NCBI GenBank assembly: GCA_945878405.1
Contig: CAMCTJ010000002.1
Location: 3,099 to 67,098, forward strand
Source: Bdellovibrio sp. ZAP7
GTDB taxonomy: Bacteria; Bdellovibrionota; FAC87; UBA2466
Direction of reading: 5' to 3'
DNA: 64,000 nucleotides
The stretch's first letter is position 1. Each line of letters starts with the position of its first letter. The position numbers were made by a program, and so were the translations under genes. The notes under the pieces were generated by a model. That model was not told where the DNA came from. It saw nothing but the letters and a program-made list of their open reading frames with translations, and did not search any database. This document shows, piece after piece, positions 48,431 to 55,929 of this stretch.

Positions 48431-49443
48431 TTCATTTCACTCACACAATTTTTAATCTGAAAAAATGTTTCAAACACGTTAGCACTTTCGGATGGATTAT
48501 GGGAAAAAGTGAAGTGGGCCACTTTAACTTCTGAAAAAACTCGAAATGCAGTTCCCGTCCGGCTGACTAATATTTTCAACTTAGCGAGGATATCATGCAA
48601 AGAGGCCCGGATAAAAAACTCCCAGATTTGGGGAGTTTCGTAGCCGACAACTAGCCATTTAAACAGGGGCCATAGAATATAGATTCGGTTAATCTGTACA
48701 ATTTGGGCCTTCTTTTTCCGCTTTTTGCTGCTCAGAATTAACCATTTAATCTCGCCATCGGCAGCAATAGAGTCGCTAAAAAAATCAGCGCCAACGACGA
48801 ATTTACTGCCAAAATGAAATCGTTTAAACTGTCGACAGTATTTACTGTTTATATTAGGCCGTTCTTTTAAGGCAATACGCTGAGGAAAAGCCAGCATTTT
48901 CCCCTCTTTTGTGATCACTGGGGTGTCATCAGAGATAATTTTGGTGCTTTGATTCTTAAGCAATTCCATCGCGAGTGTACTTTTTCCTCCTCCAGAGGGT
49001 GCCACCAAAACACCTCCCACATTGTGAGTAATGAAGCCAAACCCATGAATCCGATGGCAACCTCGCTTATCCATAGACTCACCTAGGTATGAGAGCGTTG
49101 CTAAATAAACAACTTCGTATGACACATCCGGATCTGAGCTATAAATATGGCAATATCTGGCAACAAAATCATACTCCACTTGAGCAGTTCCAAACATGCA
49201 AACTCGAATACAATTTCCAAAGGACCAAGCGCGCTTTGAACGAAATTGGTTACTCGCAACCAAAGGCGTCCAAGGACAAGGTTCCTTGGAAAAATGTCGA
49301 ATGACAAACTGATCCTTTTCCAAAAAGGCTGTTTCAGGATTTAAAAAATAAGCAAAATCATGTTGAAAATTTGAGGACACTTCATGCATGTCTGTTTCTA
49401 AAAGGAGTCGAGTTCCATGAACCCAGAGTTCATGCGTAAACAT
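48427..49443 (-). CDS. HPr kinase/phosphorylase C-terminal-domain-like P-loop protein
   Basis: IHGFGFITHNVGGVLVAPSGGGKSTLAMELLKNQSTKIISDDTPVI matches the HprK-C pattern HG..v...G.GvLi.G.SG.GKS..a..L...G..L.sDD. GTGAGGG lies 5 nt upstream of the ATG. Confidence 0.7.
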   Translation of the reverse strand: MFTHELWVHGTRLLLETDMHEVSSNFQHDFAYFLNPETAFLEKDQFVIRHFSKEPCPWTPLVASNQFRSKRAWSFGNCIRVCMFGTAQVEYDFVARYCHIYSSDPDVSYEVVYLATLSYLGESMDKRGCHRIHGFGFITHNVGGVLVAPSGGGKSTLAMELLKNQSTKIISDDTPVITKEGKMLAFPQRIALKERPNINSKYCRQFKRFHFGSKFVVGADFFSDSIAADGEIKWLILSSKKRKKKAQIVQINRIYILWPLFKWLVVGYETPQIWEFFIRASLHDILAKLKILVSRTGTAFRVFSEVKVAHFTFSHNPSESANVFETFFQIKNCVSEMK

Positions 49444-49768
49444 TTTACCCTCACCATTTCTGGAAAATTACGAAGCTATTGCCGAAAGAAGGCAAAAATT
49501 AAAGCTCAATTTAATGTCTCGTAAATAAGATAGCGGTTCAAGGGAAATAATCCCGCAGTAGCCCTCACGAGGGCCCTTTAACGCATCGTTTATTAGCTGT
49601 AACTTTTATTACTATGATCGCAGGATAAATTCCCATTCATAAATTTCATTGCCGCGACATAATACCTGGGAAAAGTGCCGACCTTGGCTTTGGAAATTCA
49701 GGCGGTACCTTTTGGTAAACAATATGCAGTAAGAAATCATGTGGCTTGCCGAGCAAAAAGAGACACTC

Positions 49769-50623
49769 ATGATTCTAAAACTACTTTTTGTCTTGAGTTT
49801 GGGATTTTTTGGTAGAGATGCACAGGCCGGGTTGGGACCCGTTCGCAGGATACTTCCTGATTTTGTTAATGGAGTTACTTTAGACTCTACTGCCGCTCTT
49901 GCAGATTCTCTAGATTCCATTGCAAGTTTAAAGGCCCCAATTGTGACTCGAATTGTCTTTGATGAATGGGTACCCGCTAGTTTCTATGTGGATCCCGTGA
50001 GTAGTCTCTATGAGAAAAGCTTCGTTATGGGAGAAATACTCGATTCCTCCGCGGTAAAGCAGTACACGGTTAAGCAATATAAGGCCCGAACAGTGGAATA
50101 CATCAAAGCTCTCGGGGCCAACGTCGATCTCTGGGAGGTGGGAAATGAGATTAACGGGGAATGGCTTGGGAAAACTTCAGTCGTCGTATCAAAAATGACC
50201 AGTGCTTTTGACGCAGTAAAAAATGCAGGATTAAAAACGGCACTGACCCTCTATTACAACCCCGGCTGCTGGGCGAAACCCGACCATGAAATGTTTTTGT
50301 GGGCCCAGCAAAACATTCCGGATCGGATGAAGCAGGGGTTAGATTACGTTTGGGTCAGTTATTACGAAGATGATTGCAATGGAACCCAACCGGATTGGTT
50401 TAAAGTGATGAGTCGAGTGGCAACCCTATTTCCCAATTCTAAAGTTGGGATTGGAGAGTGTGGAACTACCGACCCACTCAAGAAAGAGGCTTTTGTAAAA
50501 AAGTATTATACTCTTCGTCCGGCAGTGCCTCGTTTTGTAGGTGGTTTCTTCTGGTGGTACTTTAAAACTGATATGGTCCCTAAAACTCAGCCACTGTGGG
50601 CCGTTTTGAGTGATACCATCTAA
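49769..50623 (+). CDS. secreted clan GH-A (TIM-barrel) glycoside hydrolase-like protein
   Basis: Signal peptide MILKLLFVLSLGFFGRDAQA. WEVGNEINGEW is an NE acid/base motif. A later VGIGECG is a candidate nucleophile Glu. The ORF-track start at 49739 is less likely. Confidence 0.6.
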   Translation: MILKLLFVLSLGFFGRDAQAGLGPVRRILPDFVNGVTLDSTAALADSLDSIASLKAPIVTRIVFDEWVPASFYVDPVSSLYEKSFVMGEILDSSAVKQYTVKQYKARTVEYIKALGANVDLWEVGNEINGEWLGKTSVVVSKMTSAFDAVKNAGLKTALTLYYNPGCWAKPDHEMFLWAQQNIPDRMKQGLDYVWVSYYEDDCNGTQPDWFKVMSRVATLFPNSKVGIGECGTTDPLKKEAFVKKYYTLRPAVPRFVGGFFWWYFKTDMVPKTQPLWAVLSDTI

Positions 50624-51219
50624 ATCGAATATTTTTCACGGGCGGGGCATTTGTCCCCGAGCCGTTCTCTTAAAAGCACGAAGGCTTTTGCCGTGAGTTC
50701 GACGTCGGTCATAGACCGGTGTCGGGTCTTGGGATCAAAAGCGAGAGATAAGCGCTGGCAGAGTATATCCAAGTTATGGCGCTGTTCTCCGGGGAATGCT
50801 CGTCGTGAAAAAATCACAGTGTCGTAAACTTCAATTTGTCGTTTTACTTTCATCTGCATCAAATGCTTCATGATAAAAGACATATCGAATCGAGCGTTGT
50901 GAGCTACCCAATAGGCATCTCCCACAAAGTCTAAAAACTTTGGCAAGACCTCATCAATGGGTGGAGCATCTTTGACCATATCGTTTGTAATTCCGCTGAT
51001 GGCAGTGGCTTCGGGTGGAATCAACCGCTTGGGATTTACCAGGGAATGAAACGTGTTTTTTTCATCAATCTCATTGCCTAATATCTTAATTGCCCCAATT
51101 TCGATGATTTCATCGCCCCAAGCTGAAAGACCTGTTGTTTCAAGGTCAAAAACGACGTGTTCATCGAGGCCTAAAGATAGCTGCATGAAATTCCCCCAAA
51201 ACTTTCTCTTACCCAACAT
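50620..51219 (-). CDS. DnaQ/DEDDh-family 3'-5' exonuclease (Pol III epsilon-like, stand-alone)
   Basis: Exo I VVFDLETTGL, Exo II AHNARFDMSF, Exo III HRSMTDVE. The start may be the internal ATG at 51186 (MQLSLG). Confidence 0.8.
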   Translation of the reverse strand: MLGKRKFWGNFMQLSLGLDEHVVFDLETTGLSAWGDEIIEIGAIKILGNEIDEKNTFHSLVNPKRLIPPEATAISGITNDMVKDAPPIDEVLPKFLDFVGDAYWVAHNARFDMSFIMKHLMQMKVKRQIEVYDTVIFSRRAFPGEQRHNLDILCQRLSLAFDPKTRHRSMTDVELTAKAFVLLRERLGDKCPAREKYSI

Positions 51220-51317
51220 TGAAAAGAGTGGTCAAGATTGTCGCAAAACCCAAGCCCAGCAACTATTTTCGCCAATTACTTGACATTAGTCGTCGAAAAG
51301 AGTGTTTTGCCGGTAAT

Positions 51318-52130
51318 ATGCTTCAAGATAATCAATACTTAAAACAAAAGTACCAAATTTCTCAAATCGAGCATCGGTACGGGCAAAACATCCATATTTT
51401 AAGTGATCCCTATCTCTTTACCACTTTGGCTAAGCTGGGTCGCCCTGATTGCAAGCAGCCTCTCATTAACTCGCTTTTAAACACGCTTTACCGGGAACTG
51501 GTGAAAGTAGTTGTGAATCAGGAATTTCCCCTGGTGGAGACTACAGTCGAAACCCGCATGAAAGCACAACACCCTGAAGGCGCTTTTAAAGCAAGAATCA
51601 TTGATCCCGATACTAAAGTCACTTGCGTGAGCCTTGCTCGGGCTGGAACGGTTCCTTCTCAAATCTGTTTTGATGCCTTCAATTATTTTTTAAATCCCGA
51701 TGGTGTTCGGCAAGATCACATTAGCATCAACCGAAAAACCGATTCTCAAGAACAAGTGATCGGGACTCAGTTGGGCGGACTCAAGATCGGCGGCGATGTT
51801 CAAGATAGAATCGTCATCGTGCCTGATCCCATGGGGGCCACGGGCTCTACCATTCTTTCAGCCATTGAGATCTATCAAAAGCTAGGAAAGCCAAAAAAGT
51901 TTATTGCCATTCATTTAGTGATTACCCCTGAGTACTTGAAGCTCTTGAAGCAAGCTGACCCCAGTGTCATCGTCTATGCTTTACGGCTTGATAGGGGATT
52001 AAGTTCTTCCGATATTTTAGATAGCGTTCCAGGCACACATTGGGATCAGGAAAAAGGATTAAACCCCAAGCAATACATTGTTCCTGGTGCAGGTGGCTTA
52101 GGCGAGGTAATTAATAACTCTTATGTTTAG
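51318..52130 (+). CDS. uracil phosphoribosyltransferase-family protein (divergent, with an insertion)
   Basis: PRPP loop IVIVPDPMGATGSTI, SLARAGTVP, and C-terminal YIVPGAGGLGE. I chose the start at 51318 (MLQDNQ); the ORF track begins at a TTG at 51219. Confidence 0.75.
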   Translation: MLQDNQYLKQKYQISQIEHRYGQNIHILSDPYLFTTLAKLGRPDCKQPLINSLLNTLYRELVKVVVNQEFPLVETTVETRMKAQHPEGAFKARIIDPDTKVTCVSLARAGTVPSQICFDAFNYFLNPDGVRQDHISINRKTDSQEQVIGTQLGGLKIGGDVQDRIVIVPDPMGATGSTILSAIEIYQKLGKPKKFIAIHLVITPEYLKLLKQADPSVIVYALRLDRGLSSSDILDSVPGTHWDQEKGLNPKQYIVPGAGGLGEVINNSYV

Positions 52131-52635
52131 CATTTTAGCAATTGCATTTGGAGCCATATTTCTTGGAATGATCCTATCTGTTTTTATCACTAAAAACAGT
52201 CCGCCACAGCCGATCCAGTTTGCGCCTCCAGAAGACGATGAGGCCCATGACCCTAAAGATATTCGTCCGCTCACTTTGAACGATCTCTATCGACTCGGGG
52301 AAAAAATCTGCGAGAAAAATGATTTGGTTTTGAAAACAACCATTCCAGTGAGCGAAACCGAAGTGTATTGGGTTGCGGAAAGTAAGAATGAAATTTTTTG
52401 GGGCAGCTACGTTCTTGGATTTCATCAAGCGACTTCTCAGGACCCCTATATTTCCATGGCTACCATTTTGGAATTTAAGGATTTCATAAAAAGTGTTACC
52501 AGCGCAAAGGGACTCTATTTGACTACTGGGTATTACACAAAAGATGTGTACCAGCCTCTCGAGGGTCCTAAAGTGAATCTCTACAATCGATTGAAAATCA
52601 TTGAGGAGATGAAAACGCTGGGCGTAAGTTTGTAG
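52123..52635 (+). CDS. membrane-anchored protein with an Mrr_cat-like (restriction-endonuclease fold) C-terminal domain; function unknown
   Basis: N-terminal TM helix. ...ILEFKDFIKSVTSAKGLYLTTGYYTKDV...VNLYNRLKIIEEM parallels the Mrr_cat pattern v..f.g.l....a.kG.fiTTs.Ft..a...i.LidG..L. The catalytic D/E-x-K positions are not canonical. 8-bp overlap with the UPRT-like gene. Confidence 0.4.
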   Translation: MFSILAIAFGAIFLGMILSVFITKNSPPQPIQFAPPEDDEAHDPKDIRPLTLNDLYRLGEKICEKNDLVLKTTIPVSETEVYWVAESKNEIFWGSYVLGFHQATSQDPYISMATILEFKDFIKSVTSAKGLYLTTGYYTKDVYQPLEGPKVNLYNRLKIIEEMKTLGVSL

Positions 52636-52644
52636 GAGATTATT

Positions 52645-53190
52645 ATGGCGATTCGAAAAGTAGCAGCGATGGGGCACCCCATCTTAAGACAAGTAGCTCA
52701 ACCGGTTCCCGAAAATGAGATTGCTTCTGAAGCCATCCAAACCCTCATCCAAGACATGGTAGAAACCATGGTCGAATATGATGGTCGGGGACTTGCGGCT
52801 CCGCAAATTTACGTGAGCCTGCAAGTTGTCGTCATGATTTGGGACTTTGATCCAGGTGTTGAACCCTATTTAAAAGTGCTGATCAATCCCGAGATTGAAT
52901 CCCTTACAAAAGAGACGTCGACTTTTCCGGAAGGGTGTTTAAGTGTTCCCGGCCTCCAGGGCGATGTTCCCAGACCTAATTGGATTAAAGTAAGAGCTTT
53001 AGATCAGAAAGGTGAAAGAATTGGGTTTGAAGCAAAGGGATTTGCCGCAACCGTTATCCAACACGAGTGTGACCACCTTCTGGGCAAGCTCTACATCGAT
53101 AGAATGACTGATCTTACCCGCCTCGCTTTCACTAAGGAATATGGCCGATACTTAAGCCCGGGAAGTGAACCTGAGGAAGGGGAAGCGTAA
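52645..53190 (+). CDS. def: peptide deformylase
   Basis: The three motifs GRGLAAPQ, EGCLSVPG and QHECDHL. Confidence 0.95.
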   Translation: MAIRKVAAMGHPILRQVAQPVPENEIASEAIQTLIQDMVETMVEYDGRGLAAPQIYVSLQVVVMIWDFDPGVEPYLKVLINPEIESLTKETSTFPEGCLSVPGLQGDVPRPNWIKVRALDQKGERIGFEAKGFAATVIQHECDHLLGKLYIDRMTDLTRLAFTKEYGRYLSPGSEPEEGEA

Positions 53191-53250
53191 GCATTTACCA
53201 AAAGGAAACCCTTTTCGAGAGCCCAAGAAGCTTATAGACTGCTAGCCCTC

Positions 53251-55929
53251 ATGAGGACAGAAAGCAAAAAAACAACCAAAGAAAAACCGACCTCTGCGCA
53301 AGGCCTTAATTTAGGGGTGCTGCACCGCATTACTGACCGAGCCTATTGGTTAGCGCTCGAAATGATCCACTTGGCCAATCACCGGCCTCAAAAAGAAAAA
53401 GGCGAACCCAAAGTCGGGGGACATCCCACTGCCTGTGCGTCTTCCAAGCATATTTTGGCTGCTATTCATCTCGTGATGCGAAAACCAGAGGATTACCTCG
53501 CTTGTAAGCCACACATTTCGCCCATGGACCATGCTTTCAATTTTTTGCTCCATAACTTTCGAGATAAAGAAGGCAACCGAATGGAGCTTTCTGATCGCCA
53601 AGTAGCGATGAGAAACCTACGGCATTTTTCAAAAACGGGAGAACCTGTTTTTCAGTCTTATCATGCTGAGAGCGATCCGGATTCTTTTCGCTACTATCCC
53701 TCCGGCTCTGTAGGAATTCCGCCCGTAAATGCACTTTATACAAGCTTGGGATACGCCTTTGCCAAAGATCATGGTTATGATCTCCCAGAAGATCCGACTT
53801 TTTACTGCATTATGGGGGACTCTGAATTTCGAGAAGGCTCCTTAATGGAAGCGATGCCCGATGCGGGAGAACGACAGTTAGGAAATCTAGTTTGGATCGT
53901 CGATTACAACCGACAAAACTTAGATGGGACTCGAATTCTCAATGAAGAAGCTCTGGGCGGGAGTGACGCCGACAGAATCTGTCGTTTAGGTGAAGCTAAT
54001 GGATGGCGAAGCGTTAAATTAAAACATGGAAAGATTCGCGAAAAAGCTTTCAAGAAACCCGGTGGGGAAGAGCTGAAGCGAGTTTTAGATGAAGAAATCA
54101 CAGATTTCGAGCTCCAAGCATTAGTTTCTTCTCAAAACCTTAAATTGATTCGGGAAGTACTGGGTAAAAAATCGGCAAAGCTTCAAAAGTTTTTAAAAGA
54201 ACTTAGTGATGATGAGCTCAGGAAAATATTTTACAACTTTGGCGGTCATGACATTGAGAGCTTGGTAGAAGTATTTCAAGAGGCGAAAAAACATCCCAAG
54301 CGCCCCACGCTTCTCGTGGCTTATACCATCAAGGGACACAGCTTGCGTTGTGAGGGACATTCCGGAAACCACTCTGCAATGCCAGAAGAGGATGAGCTTG
54401 TCGAAATGGGTAAGCGTCTGGGAACTTCACACGAAGATCCCTTCCAGGACTTTGACAGCGGTTCTGCTGAAGAAAAATTTCTGGTCACCCGAAGAAAAGA
54501 ACTGACCGATGGAATCGAAAACTTAATCAAGCAGATTGATCAGAGAAAAGAAAACTGGCTGGAAGAAATTCGGTCAGTTGATTTCCCGACCGATTTTGAC
54601 ATTACCGCCCTAAAATTTAGTCCGATTGCCCATACCCAATGGATGTGGGGCCAAATTGCAGCAAAGCTTGATCGCTTAGCGCACGGAAATGCTAAAGTTG
54701 AAACTGAGAATGATAAACAATGGGCGAAAGTAGCTAAGTACTTCATGACTATGGCCCCGGATGTGGGAAGCTCTACGAATACAAGTCCCAATATGAACGG
54801 GAAGCTTTACGGAGACATTGGGCAAGAGGACTTTGAAGCAGAATATGGAGTTAAAGATACGAAAGCTCCAGATGTTGTTCCTCACTTAGATAAAAGAACG
54901 GGCCATATTCGATTTGAAATCGCTGAAGGCAACTGTATGTCGGCGGCCGGATCTTTTGGGAAGTTTTTTTACTTCACGGGGATCCCCTTTTTCCCCTCGA
55001 TGACGATTTACGACTTTTTTATTAAGCGGGCGCACGATCAGCTTTATTACAATCTGTATTGGCACTCTGCTTTTGCCACCATTGGAACTCCGAGTGGTAT
55101 TACCTTAGCGGCTGAAGGAGCCCAGCACTCTTGGAAGTCAGATTTCCAAATTCCTAACTGTGTTGCTTGGGAACCCTGTTTTGCGAAGGAGCTGGAGTGG
55201 ATTCTGGCTGATCACTTGAGAAGACATTTTACTCTTGAGAATCAAAATCGAGAGTCTGTTCTCATCCGAGGGGTGACCAAAGGAATCGTTCAGAAAGAAC
55301 TCTTAGAAAGATTAAAAAAGCAAAGGCGATTTGAGGGGCAAACGGATGGAGAAATTCTTGAAACTATCCGACTTCACACTCTTCGAGGAGCTTATGCGCT
55401 AGTCGACTATCAAGGATTTGAAGATTATCGCCCAGGGGACAACGTCGTGCACCTCTTTGCGATGGGCGCCCTGGTCCCAGAGGCTCTTAAGGCTTCAGAT
55501 AAGTTGCTTGAGAAAGGCATTTACGCAAATGTTTTTGTGGTTACAAGTTCCGATCTTCTCTTAGGAAACTTTGCCTACCACGAAAACTATGAACATCTCA
55601 AAATGGGATTGGGAATTTCGGGAAATCTGTATCTCCATTCAGTGAATCCGAAAGAAGTTTCAAATCGAGGAGACTGGTTGTCACTTAAGAGCGGAAGAGT
55701 TCCCATTGTTTCTGTCCATGATGGGGAGCCCGGACTACTAGATAATATCGGGTCGATTGTGGGAGTAAAACACCACAGTCTTTCTGTGAGAAAAACTTCT
55801 AAATCCGGCACGACTTGGGATATTTTCGAACTCCATCATTTAGATTCGCAGAGTATCGCTGAAACAGCAGAAAGAATGCTGGAAGAGACAGCCGATGAAG
55901 ACTTTGTGGTTAACCCTTCTGTTCTTTAG
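53251..55929 (+). CDS. homodimeric-type 2-oxoacid (pyruvate) dehydrogenase E1 component-like, TPP-dependent
   Basis: 892 aa, AceE-sized. VGGHPTACASS parallels GGHxxSxxSS. TPP motif MGDSEFREGSLMEAM...NLVWIVDYNRQNLDG. No E2 or E3 gene in the window. Confidence 0.8.
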   Translation: MRTESKKTTKEKPTSAQGLNLGVLHRITDRAYWLALEMIHLANHRPQKEKGEPKVGGHPTACASSKHILAAIHLVMRKPEDYLACKPHISPMDHAFNFLLHNFRDKEGNRMELSDRQVAMRNLRHFSKTGEPVFQSYHAESDPDSFRYYPSGSVGIPPVNALYTSLGYAFAKDHGYDLPEDPTFYCIMGDSEFREGSLMEAMPDAGERQLGNLVWIVDYNRQNLDGTRILNEEALGGSDADRICRLGEANGWRSVKLKHGKIREKAFKKPGGEELKRVLDEEITDFELQALVSSQNLKLIREVLGKKSAKLQKFLKELSDDELRKIFYNFGGHDIESLVEVFQEAKKHPKRPTLLVAYTIKGHSLRCEGHSGNHSAMPEEDELVEMGKRLGTSHEDPFQDFDSGSAEEKFLVTRRKELTDGIENLIKQIDQRKENWLEEIRSVDFPTDFDITALKFSPIAHTQWMWGQIAAKLDRLAHGNAKVETENDKQWAKVAKYFMTMAPDVGSSTNTSPNMNGKLYGDIGQEDFEAEYGVKDTKAPDVVPHLDKRTGHIRFEIAEGNCMSAAGSFGKFFYFTGIPFFPSMTIYDFFIKRAHDQLYYNLYWHSAFATIGTPSGITLAAEGAQHSWKSDFQIPNCVAWEPCFAKELEWILADHLRRHFTLENQNRESVLIRGVTKGIVQKELLERLKKQRRFEGQTDGEILETIRLHTLRGAYALVDYQGFEDYRPGDNVVHLFAMGALVPEALKASDKLLEKGIYANVFVVTSSDLLLGNFAYHENYEHLKMGLGISGNLYLHSVNPKEVSNRGDWLSLKSGRVPIVSVHDGEPGLLDNIGSIVGVKHHSLSVRKTSKSGTTWDIFELHHLDSQSIAETAERMLEETADEDFVVNPSVL

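Noticed and set aside
40057-49443. Interpreting the island as a lasso-peptide (RiPP) gene cluster because of the HprK-like kinase, NTase and ABC exporter.
   Set aside because: There is no asparagine-synthetase-like lasso cyclase, no transglutaminase-like leader protease, no PqqD-like RRE and no credible precursor ORF. The remaining genes are glycosyltransferases.
49593-49740. Small minus-strand ORFs in the 300-bp spacer upstream of the HprK-like gene: an 18-aa MKFMNGNLSCDHSNKSYS* and a 42-aa MISYCILF...EWEFILRS*. Both end in Ser, which is tempting as kinase-substrate precursor peptides.
   Set aside because: Neither has a convincing Shine-Dalgarno sequence. They are very short, have no leader-like features, and cannot be checked for conservation from this window alone. 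They are worth including in a comparative search but cannot be supported as genes.
39914-50623. Interpreting the island as a prophage, ICE or transposon-borne element, possibly targeted to tRNA-Cys.
   Set aside because: No integrase, transposase, recombinase or phage/conjugation genes are present, and I saw no obvious flanking direct or inverted repeats. The only tRNA (58740-58811) is about 9 kb away, with housekeeping genes in between.
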